64,000 bases of DNA from Bacteroidales bacterium UBA1208 (GTDB lineage Bacteria > Bacteroidota > Bacteroidia > Bacteroidales > P3). Below, piece by piece: positions 8,130 to 17,302 of this stretch. The notes beneath the pieces are model-generated. The model saw only the letters and a list, made by a program, of their open reading frames with translations. It had not been told where the DNA came from and ran no database searches. The DNA lies in the NCBI GenBank assembly GCA_002309955.1, contig DBXQ01000102.1:32096-96095 (forward strand), given 5' to 3'. Position numbers and translations under genes: made by a program. The number at the start of each line of letters is the position of its first letter. Within the stretch, counting starts at the first letter, position 1.

Positions 8130-9944
8130 ATGGCAAAGTACAAAATGCATGTTCTCATCTGTGGCGGTACTGGATGTAAGTCCAGCAACAGCTTGGATAT
8201 CATCGAAAACTTCCACACGATTCTTAAAGAGAAGAACCTTCAGGACGAGGTTCAGGTCATTAAGACCGGTTGCTTCGGTTTCTGCGAAAAAGGTCCTATC
8301 GTCAAGATTATGCCTGACAATACGTTCTACACTCAGGTTAAACCCGAAAATGTGCGTCGTATTGTTGAAGAACACCTTATCAAAGGCCGTAAAGTTCCCG
8401 AGCTGCTTTACATGAACCCCGAAAACAAGGAGCATGTCGCAGACTCGAAACACATGGATTTCTACAAGAAACAGATTCGTATTGCATTGCGTAACTGCGG
8501 TTTTGTAGATCCCGAAAACATTGAAGAGTGCATCTCCCGTGGCGGTTATGAAGCTTTGGCTAAATGTTTGACCGAGATGACTCCCGAACAAGTTATCGCT
8601 GAGGTGAAAGCCTCTGGTCTTCGTGGTCGTGGTGGTGCCGGTTTCCCCACTGGTTTGAAATGGGAACTCTGTGCCAAGAACAAGGCTGATCAAAAATATG
8701 TCATTTGCAATGCTGACGAGGGTGACCCCGGCGCTTTCATGGATCGTTCCATTTTGGAAGGCGACCCCAACAGTATCGTTGAAGCTATGGCCATCTGCGG
8801 CTACGCTATCGGAGCCAGCAAAGGTCTTGTCTATATCCGTGCTGAATACCCCCTCGCTATCGAGCGTTTGAAGATTGCGATCAACCAAGCTCGCGAATAC
8901 GGTCTCCTCGGTGAAGACATTCTCGGAACAGGTTTCAATTTCGATATTGAGCTCCGCTATGGTGCCGGTGCATTCGTTTGCGGTGAAGAGACCGCTCTGA
9001 TTCACTCAATGGAAGGCCAGCGTGGCGAACCCACCCTTAAACCTCCGTTCCCCGCTGTCAGCGGCTACATGGGCAAGCCCTCTAACGTGAACAACGTCGA
9101 GACTTTCGCCAATGTCCCCGTCATCATCACCAAGGGTGCTGAGTGGTTCAACAAAATCGGTACCGAGAAATCTAAAGGTACCAAGGTCTTCGCTCTTGCA
9201 GGCCAGATTAACAATGTGGGTCTGATTGAGGTTCCCATGGGTATCACTCTCCGTGAGATTATTTATGAAATTGGTGGTGGTATTAAAGACGGTCGTCAGT
9301 TCAAAGCTGTCCAGACCGGTGGTCCTTCCGGTGGTTGCTTGACTGCCAAGCACCTTGACACCGCTATTGATTACGATAGCCTTGTTGCAGCCGGTTCTAT
9401 GATGGGTTCTGGCGGTATGGTCGTTATGGACGAGACCAGCTGTATGCCCGCTATCGCCAAGTTCTATCTTGAGTTCACCTGTGAAGAGAGCTGCGGTAAG
9501 TGCTCTCCCTGCCGTATTGGTAACAAGCGTCTGTGTGAAATCCTTGAGAAGATCACTGACGGACGTGGCACCATGGAAGACCTTCAGGAACTCCGCAACT
9601 TGGCAGCCGTTATTAAAGATACCGCCCTCTGCGGTCTTGGTCAGACTTCACCCAACCCCGTACTCTCAACCCTCGACAACTTCTGGGATGAGTATGTTGA
9701 GCACGTTGTCGACAAGAAATGCCGTGCCGGTGTCTGCAAGAAACTCATGAGTTATGTCATCGACCGCGAGAAGTGCATCGGTTGTGGCAAGTGCGCCAAG
9801 GGATGCCCCGTTGAGGCTATCACCCGTACCGACTACACCGCTCCTGGACATAAGCTGGCTTCGATGGTTATCGACAGTACCAAGTGTATCAAGTGCGGTG
9901 CATGTATCAACAATTGTAAATTTGGTGCCATTTCTATTCAATAA
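8130..9944 (+). CDS. hydB: NuoF-like NAD(P)H-binding flavoprotein subunit of bifurcating [FeFe]-hydrogenase
   Basis: GLRGRGGAGFPTGLKW, NADEGDPGAFMDR, SCGKCSPCR, and two C-terminal 4Fe-4S motifs (CIGCGKCAKGCP, CIKCGACINNC). Confidence 0.9.
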   Translation: MAKYKMHVLICGGTGCKSSNSLDIIENFHTILKEKNLQDEVQVIKTGCFGFCEKGPIVKIMPDNTFYTQVKPENVRRIVEEHLIKGRKVPELLYMNPENKEHVADSKHMDFYKKQIRIALRNCGFVDPENIEECISRGGYEALAKCLTEMTPEQVIAEVKASGLRGRGGAGFPTGLKWELCAKNKADQKYVICNADEGDPGAFMDRSILEGDPNSIVEAMAICGYAIGASKGLVYIRAEYPLAIERLKIAINQAREYGLLGEDILGTGFNFDIELRYGAGAFVCGEETALIHSMEGQRGEPTLKPPFPAVSGYMGKPSNVNNVETFANVPVIITKGAEWFNKIGTEKSKGTKVFALAGQINNVGLIEVPMGITLREIIYEIGGGIKDGRQFKAVQTGGPSGGCLTAKHLDTAIDYDSLVAAGSMMGSGGMVVMDETSCMPAIAKFYLEFTCEESCGKCSPCRIGNKRLCEILEKITDGRGTMEDLQELRNLAAVIKDTALCGLGQTSPNPVLSTLDNFWDEYVEHVVDKKCRAGVCKKLMSYVIDREKCIGCGKCAKGCPVEAITRTDYTAPGHKLASMVIDSTKCIKCGACINNCKFGAISIQ

Positions 9945-9989
9945 ATGTTATTAGTCTGACTTGTTCGACAAAAAAATAAATAAAGAAAA

Positions 9990-11756
9990 ATGATTAATCT
10001 CACAATAGATAATAAAGCGATTCAAGTTCCCGAAGGCACCACCATTCTGAAGGCTGCCCGTATGAACGGTATCGATATTCCCACCCTTTGCCATTTTGAG
10101 CTTGATGGGATGAATTTTGAAAACAAACCCGGTGGATGCCGCGTGTGTGTTGTCGAGGTGAAAGGCCGCCGCAATCTGGCTCCCGCCTGTGCCACTGATG
10201 TGATGGAAGGCATGGAAGTGCTTACCCATAGCGCCCGCGTCATCAACGCCCGTAAAACTGTCGTCGAGCTTATCCTCAGCGACCACCCGAACGACTGTCT
10301 CCAGTGCGAGAAAAACGGTGACTGCGAACTGCAGAGCCTGACCAAACGTCTCGGAATCAAGGAAATCCCCTTCAAGGGAGCTACCTCCACCTATCGTAAG
10401 GACAGCACCCTCAGCGTTTACCGCGATATGGATAAGTGCGTCATGTGCCGTCGCTGCGAGTCGATGTGCAACAAATTCATGTCTGTGGGTGCTTTGAGCG
10501 GTGTCAACCGTGGTTTCCAGGCAGTTGTCGCTCCCGCTTTCGAGCAGAATCTCGGTGACAGCAGCTGCGTCAACTGCGGCCAGTGCGTACAGGTGTGCCC
10601 CGTGGGTGCCCTCACCCTCGTTGACAACATCAGTGATGTTCTCAAAGCCATTGCCGATCCTACCAAGAAAGTCGTTGTCCAGACTGCTCCTGCAGTCCGC
10701 GTGGCTCTCGGTGAGGAATTTGGCATGAAACCCGGTGAAATCGTTACCGGTAAAATGGCTGCTGCTCTCCGTCGTCTTGGTTTCGATCAGGTGTACGACA
10801 CCGACTGGAGTGCTGACCTTACCATCATGGAAGAGGGTACCGAGCTTCTCGGCCGCCTGAAGAAAGCCCTTGCCGGCGAAGAGGTGAAACTGCCTATGTT
10901 CACATCCTGCTGCCCCGCCTGGGTCACCTTCTACGAGAAGAACTTCCCCGATCTGCTTGAATATCCTTCGACCGCCAAGTCGCCTCAGGGTATGTTCGGT
11001 GCTGTGGCTAAGAACTACCTTGCTCCCAAACTGGGTGTGAAACGCGAAGACCTCGTGGTCGTCTCTATCATGCCTTGCCTTGCCAAGAAGAGCGAGCGCG
11101 CTCGTGAGGAACTGGCCGTCAACGGTGACAGCGATGTCAACTACACCCTCAGCACCCGCGAGCTGGCTCACATGATTCGCCAGTGCAACCTCAACCTCAA
11201 CGACATGCCCGAGGAAGACTTCGACAGCCCGCTTGGTCAGTCCACAGGTGCTGCTGTCATCTTCGGTGCCACCGGTGGTGTTATGGAAGCTGCCCTCCGT
11301 ACCGCCTACGAGCTGCACACCGGCAAGACCCTGCCCAAGGTCGAGTTCCACGAGACCCGCGGTTTCGACGGCGTGAAGGAAGCTACCATCGATATCGACG
11401 GCTTCCCCCTGAAGATTGCTGTCGTCTACAGCCTTGCCAATGCCCGCAAGATGATGGAGCAGGTGCGTCAGGGCAACCCCAACGGCTACCACTTCATTGA
11501 GGTGATGGCATGCCCCGGCGGTTGCATCGGTGGTGCCGGTCAGCCCTATCACCATGGTAACAGCGAGATTATCCGCAAGCGCATGGAGGCCATCTACCGC
11601 GAGGACGAGGGCAAGCCCATCCGCAAGAGCCACGAGAATCCCGAGATCCTTGCTATCTACGAGGAATACTACGGTGAACCTTGCGGCCACCTCAGCCACG
11701 AGCAGCTGCACACCCACTACTTCGACAAATCCGACAAAGTGGAGGCAACAAAATAA
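9990..11756 (+). CDS. hydA: [FeFe]-hydrogenase catalytic subunit
   Basis: N-terminal 2Fe-2S and 4Fe-4S Cys motifs. The H-cluster signatures are FTSCCPAWV, MPCLAKKSE and EVMACPGGCIGGAGQP. Confidence 0.92.
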   Translation: MINLTIDNKAIQVPEGTTILKAARMNGIDIPTLCHFELDGMNFENKPGGCRVCVVEVKGRRNLAPACATDVMEGMEVLTHSARVINARKTVVELILSDHPNDCLQCEKNGDCELQSLTKRLGIKEIPFKGATSTYRKDSTLSVYRDMDKCVMCRRCESMCNKFMSVGALSGVNRGFQAVVAPAFEQNLGDSSCVNCGQCVQVCPVGALTLVDNISDVLKAIADPTKKVVVQTAPAVRVALGEEFGMKPGEIVTGKMAAALRRLGFDQVYDTDWSADLTIMEEGTELLGRLKKALAGEEVKLPMFTSCCPAWVTFYEKNFPDLLEYPSTAKSPQGMFGAVAKNYLAPKLGVKREDLVVVSIMPCLAKKSERAREELAVNGDSDVNYTLSTRELAHMIRQCNLNLNDMPEEDFDSPLGQSTGAAVIFGATGGVMEAALRTAYELHTGKTLPKVEFHETRGFDGVKEATIDIDGFPLKIAVVYSLANARKMMEQVRQGNPNGYHFIEVMACPGGCIGGAGQPYHHGNSEIIRKRMEAIYREDEGKPIRKSHENPEILAIYEEYYGEPCGHLSHEQLHTHYFDKSDKVEATK

Positions 11757-11818
11757 ATTGAATAATAGGATCTATAAGTCCTACAAGACCTATCGGTTCT
11801 ATCTAAAAAAAAAGAATT

Positions 11819-12298
11819 ATGGCAAACATCAAGTTATCTGAAGAGAAAATAAATATCATCAAGGAGATTGCCAAATCGTTTGGCAATAAGCCGGGAGAGG
11901 TTATCAATGTCCTCCATCAGGTGCAGGGCAAGTTTGGTTATCTGCCTGCCGAGGTTCAGGAAATCGTTGCTCACGAGTTGGGTATTCCCGTCTCGCGTGT
12001 TTATGGCATTGTGTCCTTCTACAGTTTCTTCACCATGGAGCCCAAGGGTAAGCACCCCATTGACATCTGCTTAGGTACTGCTTGTTACGTCCGTGGTGCC
12101 GAGAAGGTGCTCGACGCATTCAAACGCGCCCTCAATGTCGAGGTTGGCAAGTGCACTTCCGACGGCAAGTTCTCACTGAACACCCTCCGTTGTGTCGGTG
12201 CCTGTGGTCTGGCTCCTGTAGCCATGGTTGGCGACAAGGTCTATGGCCGTCTCACTCCCGACCTGGTGCCTGGCATCATTGCTGAGTACAATGACTAA
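11819..12298 (+). CDS. hydC: NuoE-like [2Fe-2S] subunit of [FeFe]-hydrogenase
   Basis: 159 aa, with CLGTACYVRG ... CVGACGLAP, the thioredoxin-like 2Fe-2S pattern. Confidence 0.88.
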   Translation: MANIKLSEEKINIIKEIAKSFGNKPGEVINVLHQVQGKFGYLPAEVQEIVAHELGIPVSRVYGIVSFYSFFTMEPKGKHPIDICLGTACYVRGAEKVLDAFKRALNVEVGKCTSDGKFSLNTLRCVGACGLAPVAMVGDKVYGRLTPDLVPGIIAEYND

Positions 12299-12323
12299 CC
12301 TTCATTAATAGGTTTAAGAGCCA

Positions 12324-12354
12324 AAGCCCCTGCGCTCTGTAGGGGCTTTTTTTA
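12324..12354 (+). terminator. Rho-independent terminator of the hyd operon
   Basis: aagcccct / aggggctt stem followed by a T7 run. Confidence 0.7.
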
Positions 12355-12362
12355 TTCCTGTC

Positions 12363-12917
12363 ATGTCTCTTACACAACAACCCCAATGGGTGGCCGCCTA
12401 CACCTCTCCGCGTGCCGAAAAGACCGTCACCCAACGCATTGCCGCCGAACTGCAGTTAGAGATCTATCTCCCCTTGCACCGTGTTCTGCGCAAGTGGTCT
12501 GACCGTGTCAAGAGTGTTGAGATTCCCCTCATTCCCTCCTATACTTTCATTAAGATGCGTGAGTGCGACCTTTGGCAAGTACGCGAAATCAAGGGAGTAT
12601 GTGGATTTGTCTCTTTCCCATCCACGGGGATTGCAGTCATTTCAGAGACAGACATGCAGAGCCTGCGCCGTTTTGCCGAATCGAAAGCCGAGGTCTATAT
12701 AAACAACATAGACCAATTGCGGGTAGGTGCTCATGTCAAGGTGGTTGATGGCGAATTCGTCGGCATGGAAGGTGTCATCGTAGGCGACAACCATAATGGC
12801 AACTTTGCTGTTGAGATTTCGGGTCTCAATCTCTATCTCTCGGTTGCCATTCAGCAGGAGCTGCTACAGCCCATTGCTCCACCCAAACCCAAGCCTGTGG
12901 GTTTGTTATATAAGTAA
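12363..12917 (+). CDS. UpxY-family (NusG-like) transcription antiterminator
   Basis: NGN-like N-terminus W.A.YT.PR.EK.V...I......E.YLPL......WSDR.K..E.PLIPSY.F, and a KOW-like segment GAHVKVVDGEFVGMEGVIV. Confidence 0.7.
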   Translation: MSLTQQPQWVAAYTSPRAEKTVTQRIAAELQLEIYLPLHRVLRKWSDRVKSVEIPLIPSYTFIKMRECDLWQVREIKGVCGFVSFPSTGIAVISETDMQSLRRFAESKAEVYINNIDQLRVGAHVKVVDGEFVGMEGVIVGDNHNGNFAVEISGLNLYLSVAIQQELLQPIAPPKPKPVGLLYK

Positions 12918-13541
12918 ATCCTTCATTCCTATTTTAGGTACATAGTGCACGCCTTCTTCGCGGTAGTAGGCGTGGCTTTCTTCGGGAGCAATTGGCTTTA
13001 GTTCAATCTTTTCTATGCCTTTTCCTATGGCTATAATCAGCAGGGGGGTCAACGGCAGTTCCAATTCTGTAGCTATCTGGGTCGGATTAAATGCCCCTAT
13101 TGTCAGTCCGTTCAATCCCATTTCCACAGCTTTCAGCAACATGCTCTGAATAGCAATACCTAAGTCTATATCAATCATCTTGTTCTCCTCCTGTGTGGAG
13201 CATACAATGATGAATGCCTCAGGTTCCGTACCAGGAAACGGCAGGTGTAACTCAGGCAGAGCGGCACCCATCTTTATGTTACGCAGTACCTTCTCGGCTC
13301 CCGTGTCTTTGGTTACTAATCTGAAACGAAGTACCTGTTGGTTGCGGGCTGAAGGCACTTTGTTGCAAACCCCCACAATGCGTTCCAGTTCTTCGCGTTT
13401 CACCACATAATCCTTGTTGTAGCCGCGGTAGCTCCGATTGCGAAGCAGTAATTCGTCAAGGGTATGTCCCACCCGTTTTACTTTGGTGCGTCCGGCACCG
13501 AATACCTCTTCATATCGTTTTTCTAAGTAGTTGTCTGCCAT
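12906..13541 (-). CDS. Nitroreductase-family protein
   Basis: I start it at the internal ATG (13539-13541): MADNYLEKRYEEVFG..., followed by RSYRGY and SARNQQ motifs. It overlaps the convergent UpxY gene by 12 nt. Confidence 0.8.
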   Translation of the reverse strand: MADNYLEKRYEEVFGAGRTKVKRVGHTLDELLLRNRSYRGYNKDYVVKREELERIVGVCNKVPSARNQQVLRFRLVTKDTGAEKVLRNIKMGAALPELHLPFPGTEPEAFIIVCSTQEENKMIDIDLGIAIQSMLLKAVEMGLNGLTIGAFNPTQIATELELPLTPLLIIAIGKGIEKIELKPIAPEESHAYYREEGVHYVPKIGMKDLLI

Positions 13542-13593
13542 ATTGTGTTTATTATTAATGTGTTGCCATTGGAGTGGCAGCGGTTTGAAAATA

Positions 13594-13601
13594 CAAATAT
13601 A
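13594..13601 (-). promoter_or_regulatory. Bacteroidota -7 promoter box
   Basis: TATATTTG on the minus strand, about 53 nt upstream of the start at 13541. Confidence 0.4.
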
Positions 13602-13663
13602 AACAAAATTCCCGAAATAAACACACTCTTTCAAGAACTTGTCATTAGCTGGCACGATACATT

Positions 13664-14224
13664 AACCCAAATCAGTCATCAGGCTAAGAATGCCTTCGGT
13701 GGAGGCCAAAGCAGAGATTTGTGAAACGGAAAGGATAATAATAACCGTTTTATTCAGTTTTTCGTCTTGATGACTGGCAGGGGTTCTGCCCCTTTTCCTT
13801 CGCTCCTCGTTCCTCAGTTCTCCCATCGTTCTCCCATCGTTCTCCCATTTCAGAAGGAGAACTGAGGAAGAACGGAGGTCGAAGGGTGGGTGAAGGAGTG
13901 AACCAAAGACAGTGCGAAAGGAAATTAGGCGCAGGTTGGGGAGGATTCGCGGAAAGTGGCATAGGTTGAAAAGGAATGACGGAAATGATGGCACCGCTTT
14001 GGGTGTGCCTTGACAATGGAAAGCCGGAGTATCTAAAGGGGACTTCGATGAATCGCCTTGAAAGAGCATAACAAATATAGCCCAATGGCATTGCCTTGGG
14101 TATATAATCACGCACTATAAAGGCAAAAGCAGATAGAACCCACCTAAAAACAATTCGGTGTATACAAGTCGATGTGATATGTGTCGGAGCAATATCTATA
14201 TAATGCCTCATGACCGATTGGGAA
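13664..14224 (+). mobile_element. MITE-like non-autonomous element, full-length copy A
   Basis: The left end aacccaaatcagtcatcagg and the right end cctcatgaccgattggg are imperfect inverted repeats. Both match the 20-bp TIR of the small element at 54224-54422. There is no credible ORF. The conserved hairpin core lies at 13812-13867. Confidence 0.6.
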
Positions 14225-14309
14225 TCAATGGTCAAACGCCGAAGAACAGGTGATGGAAGATGGGTCAGGCGATGGGGGGAGGGAAATGTGCGACGGGTTG
14301 TTAATACAT

Positions 14310-15386
14310 CTACTGGAGGGTAGCGGAGTTGGTTGCATAGTTGCGCCAACGTTCCAAGGCCGAGGCCATATCGTCGGGTAGAGGACTTTCGAAATGCAGA
14401 TGTTGGCCGGAGGTGGGATGATCAAACCCCAGTATTTGGGCGTGGAGGGCTTGGCGTGGCAGTGTCCTGAAAGTGTTCTCTACAAACTGTTTGTAGCGTG
14501 TAAAGGTGGTGCCTTTCAGTATGCGGTCACCACCGTAGGCGGCATCGTTGAAGAGGGGATGTCCTATGTGGCGCATATGGGCGCGGATTTGATGTGTACG
14601 ACCGGTTTCGAGGATGCATTCCACCAAGGTGACATAGCCGAAGCGTTCTATCACCCGCCAGTGTGTCACGGCGTGTTTGCCCCGTTCGGGGTCGTCGGTC
14701 ACGTGCATTACGCGGCGATCCTGCGGTGAGCGTTCCAGATTGCCGTCAATGGTGCCCTCATTTTGGTCAAAATTGCCCCATACCAGTGCATTGTATTTCC
14801 TTTCGATGGTGTGGTTGAAGAATTGTTTTGCCAACACTGCCTGAGCATCCTCGTTTTTGGCAATGAGTAGAAGCCCCGATGTGTCTTTGTCGATGCGGTG
14901 TACCAAGTAGGGCTGTACGGGTTGTCCGTTGGAGAGGGTCTTGCCTTGATAGTAGTATAAAAGTCCGTTGAGCAGTGTGCCGTTGATGTTGCCGTGGCCG
15001 GGGTGTACCACAAGTCCGGCTTGTTTGTCGATTACCAACACATCGTCGTCTTCGTAAACGGCTTTGAAGGGCACTGGCTCGGGGATTAGTTCGATTTCGT
15101 GCGGGGGTTGCGGCAGCAGTACGCTGATGATGTCGCAGGGCTTTATTTTGTAGTTTGATTTGGCAGCCTTGTTGTTCACCAATACGCAGCCGGCATGTGC
15201 AGCGGCCTGGATTTTGGTGCGCGAAATACCTTCAAGCCGCATTTGCAGGTATTTGTCCAGGCGCATCATTTCCTGGCCTTTGTCTACTTGTATGCGGTGG
15301 TGTTCAAACAATTCGGGTTCGCCCAGTTCAATGTCCTCTTGCTGTATGGGGTTGGACAGGGGGGTGTCTGAGGAGGGTGTTGACAT
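14310..15386 (-). CDS. rluD: 23S rRNA pseudouridine synthase, RluA/RluD family
   Basis: S4-like N-terminal region (RLDKYL), the catalytic HRIDKDTSGLLL motif, and a conserved C-terminus HQIRAH. Confidence 0.88.
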   Translation of the reverse strand: MSTPSSDTPLSNPIQQEDIELGEPELFEHHRIQVDKGQEMMRLDKYLQMRLEGISRTKIQAAAHAGCVLVNNKAAKSNYKIKPCDIISVLLPQPPHEIELIPEPVPFKAVYEDDDVLVIDKQAGLVVHPGHGNINGTLLNGLLYYYQGKTLSNGQPVQPYLVHRIDKDTSGLLLIAKNEDAQAVLAKQFFNHTIERKYNALVWGNFDQNEGTIDGNLERSPQDRRVMHVTDDPERGKHAVTHWRVIERFGYVTLVECILETGRTHQIRAHMRHIGHPLFNDAAYGGDRILKGTTFTRYKQFVENTFRTLPRQALHAQILGFDHPTSGQHLHFESPLPDDMASALERWRNYATNSATLQ

Positions 15387-15432
15387 GACGGTGGTATAGA
15401 GGGGGTTTAAAGGGTTTCGGATGGGTTTTTGT

Positions 15433-17301
15433 TTAGGGTTCGATGATGATTTTTTGTGCCGGGTCTGTGCCTATGCGTACCAGATAGAGGCCGGAGGGAA
15501 GGGGTTGGGTGATGGTTTGGGATGGCCCGTCGGGGGGTCGTGACAGGTATATCGGCTGCCCTTTGATGTTGTAGATGGTGATGGGTGCGGACTGATGGGT
15601 TTCTACGACAATGCGGTTGTCCTGCACATGTATGCGGTTGTTTGTTTGTTCCGGTTGTATGGTGGCAAGGGTGGCGCTGTGGCCGAATGCGGGACGCAGC
15701 ATCAGGGAGCCTCGCAGTATGGTGTTCTGCCATTCGGTGCCGGTGAGGTAGAAGATGTGTGCAGAGGCGTCGTTGTTGCGGTCGAACCCCAGATTGATGT
15801 AGTCGGCCGATGTCTGCTGCAGCCCTACATAGATGGTGCCGGAGCAGATCAGGGGCTCTTCGAGCAGGTATCGGACATAGCGGTTGAAGCCTTCGAAGAG
15901 TGGGCTGCGGCGGTCGCAGTCTCGGTAGATGATGTTGCCGGGGTGGCCGTTGTTGTCGTCCCACACGGTGATATAGAAACGGATGTTGTTGTTTCCGTTG
16001 GCATAGGCGCGGTTGAAATAGAGGTGCAGGGCGGTGAGGGTGTCTTCTGTGTTAAGGGTGAAGCGGCATGCCAGTCGGACATCGGGCGAGGTGGAGTTAA
16101 GTCCGTAGCCGTTTTCGGGAGTGCCGTCGTCGTAGGCGTAGTAGTTGTCGAATATTTGTGTAAAGACGATAGTGTCGTTTTGAGGGTGGTTGTCTCCGCT
16201 AACGCCTTCGCGCAATCCATGGACTACGGTGTAGGAGGTGGGTCGGTGGTCGGTGGCTACGGGCAGGGTGAGGTCGAGTGGCGGCATGGCATGGGCTGCT
16301 GCGGTTTGATAGGAGTGGTTGCGCCAGTAAACGGGAGTGTTTTCCAGTCCTCCGTTATAGGTGGTGAGTGTTTGACCATTGTTGTCGTAGACGGTGTAGC
16401 TGTAGGTGGTGGCCAACTCTTCGGTGAAACGGTTGGTGATGGTGAGTGGCAGGGAGTCGCGCATGTCGGAGAGGGTGAACTGTCTTGCGGGCATGGCTTG
16501 GTAGTGCCGTAGCAGTGAGGGGGCGGGGTTGACAAAGGCCACGTCGCGCGAGGCGGTGTCGGCTTTGTGTCGGCCGACGTTAAGACTTATATAGTCGATA
16601 TTCCATTGGTCGGCATTGCTCAGCAGGCCGGGTTTATTGTTGTTGTCCAAGCTGCAAAGATTGTAGAAGCGGAATTGAAAGCCGGCTCTGAGGTATCGGG
16701 TGTCGCGGATGGGGATGTCGTGGAATTGCCAATAGGAGCCGGTGTGGGCAAATAGGGTATCGGCAGGATAGCCCCGGGTAGACCATACTCGTTCCCAGCA
16801 GCTGTCGGTGGGATTGAAGAATTCGAGTATGAGTGAGTCCTGTTTTTCGGGTGTGTCGCCTATGCGTTCCCACATGTTGCCGTATCCTCCTCCGGGAAGG
16901 TAGAAGAAACTCAGGTAGATGGAGTCGCTTGGGGAGATGGGACGCGAATAGGGGTGGAAGAGAGAGTCAAGCCTGATAGGACGCGACAATAAGGTGTCGC
17001 CGGTGAAGAGTTGTCCAGTTGCGGTGGGATATAGGTCTCCCTCTTCGTCGAAAGCGTCGAGGGTAGCCATGCCGATGGTGGGAGGGAGGGGTGCGTAGCC
17101 TTGGTTGACAAATGTGCCGCCCAGATACCATAGCGAGCGGGACATGGCAGGTGAGGAGAAGTCGTCGAAGAATGGCAGTTCTACAAGGGTGTCGTTTTTG
17201 GGTTGGGGTGTGTGCTGCCGACACAAGGGGAGTAGCACTTCTTGTGCGGCAAGGGTGTTGCCGAGCAAGAAAAGCAGCAGTATGGCGACGATGCGTTGCA
17301 T
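15433..17301 (-). CDS. Secreted protein with T9SS C-terminal sorting domain
   Basis: I start it at ATG 17299-17301, which gives the signal peptide MQRIVAILLLFLLGNTLAAQ. The C-terminus ...PSGLYLVRIGTDPAQKIIIEP is a type-A CTD pattern. Confidence 0.65.
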   Translation of the reverse strand: MQRIVAILLLFLLGNTLAAQEVLLPLCRQHTPQPKNDTLVELPFFDDFSSPAMSRSLWYLGGTFVNQGYAPLPPTIGMATLDAFDEEGDLYPTATGQLFTGDTLLSRPIRLDSLFHPYSRPISPSDSIYLSFFYLPGGGYGNMWERIGDTPEKQDSLILEFFNPTDSCWERVWSTRGYPADTLFAHTGSYWQFHDIPIRDTRYLRAGFQFRFYNLCSLDNNNKPGLLSNADQWNIDYISLNVGRHKADTASRDVAFVNPAPSLLRHYQAMPARQFTLSDMRDSLPLTITNRFTEELATTYSYTVYDNNGQTLTTYNGGLENTPVYWRNHSYQTAAAHAMPPLDLTLPVATDHRPTSYTVVHGLREGVSGDNHPQNDTIVFTQIFDNYYAYDDGTPENGYGLNSTSPDVRLACRFTLNTEDTLTALHLYFNRAYANGNNNIRFYITVWDDNNGHPGNIIYRDCDRRSPLFEGFNRYVRYLLEEPLICSGTIYVGLQQTSADYINLGFDRNNDASAHIFYLTGTEWQNTILRGSLMLRPAFGHSATLATIQPEQTNNRIHVQDNRIVVETHQSAPITIYNIKGQPIYLSRPPDGPSQTITQPLPSGLYLVRIGTDPAQKIIIEP

Positions 17302-17302
17302 G

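Noticed and set aside
7737-9005. A 422-aa minus-strand ORF.
   Set aside because: It is antisense to the 2Fe-2S ferredoxin gene and to hydB, which carry clear NuoF motifs on the + strand.
9951-11717. A 588-aa minus-strand ORF that exactly mirrors hydA in length.
   Set aside because: The translation is low-complexity (Ala/Gly/Val/His-rich) with no motifs. The + strand encodes unmistakable H-cluster and Fe-S motifs. It is an antisense open frame typical of codon-biased, GC3-rich genes.
13662-14349. ORFs of 149 and 199 aa inside repeat copy A, with analogous ORFs at 38535-38882, 38577-38804 and 49944-50249.
   Set aside because: They lie entirely in the dispersed non-coding repeat. The frames differ between copies and the peptides are low-complexity (PSPT/ERRK-rich). 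I interpret them as MITE sequence, not genes.
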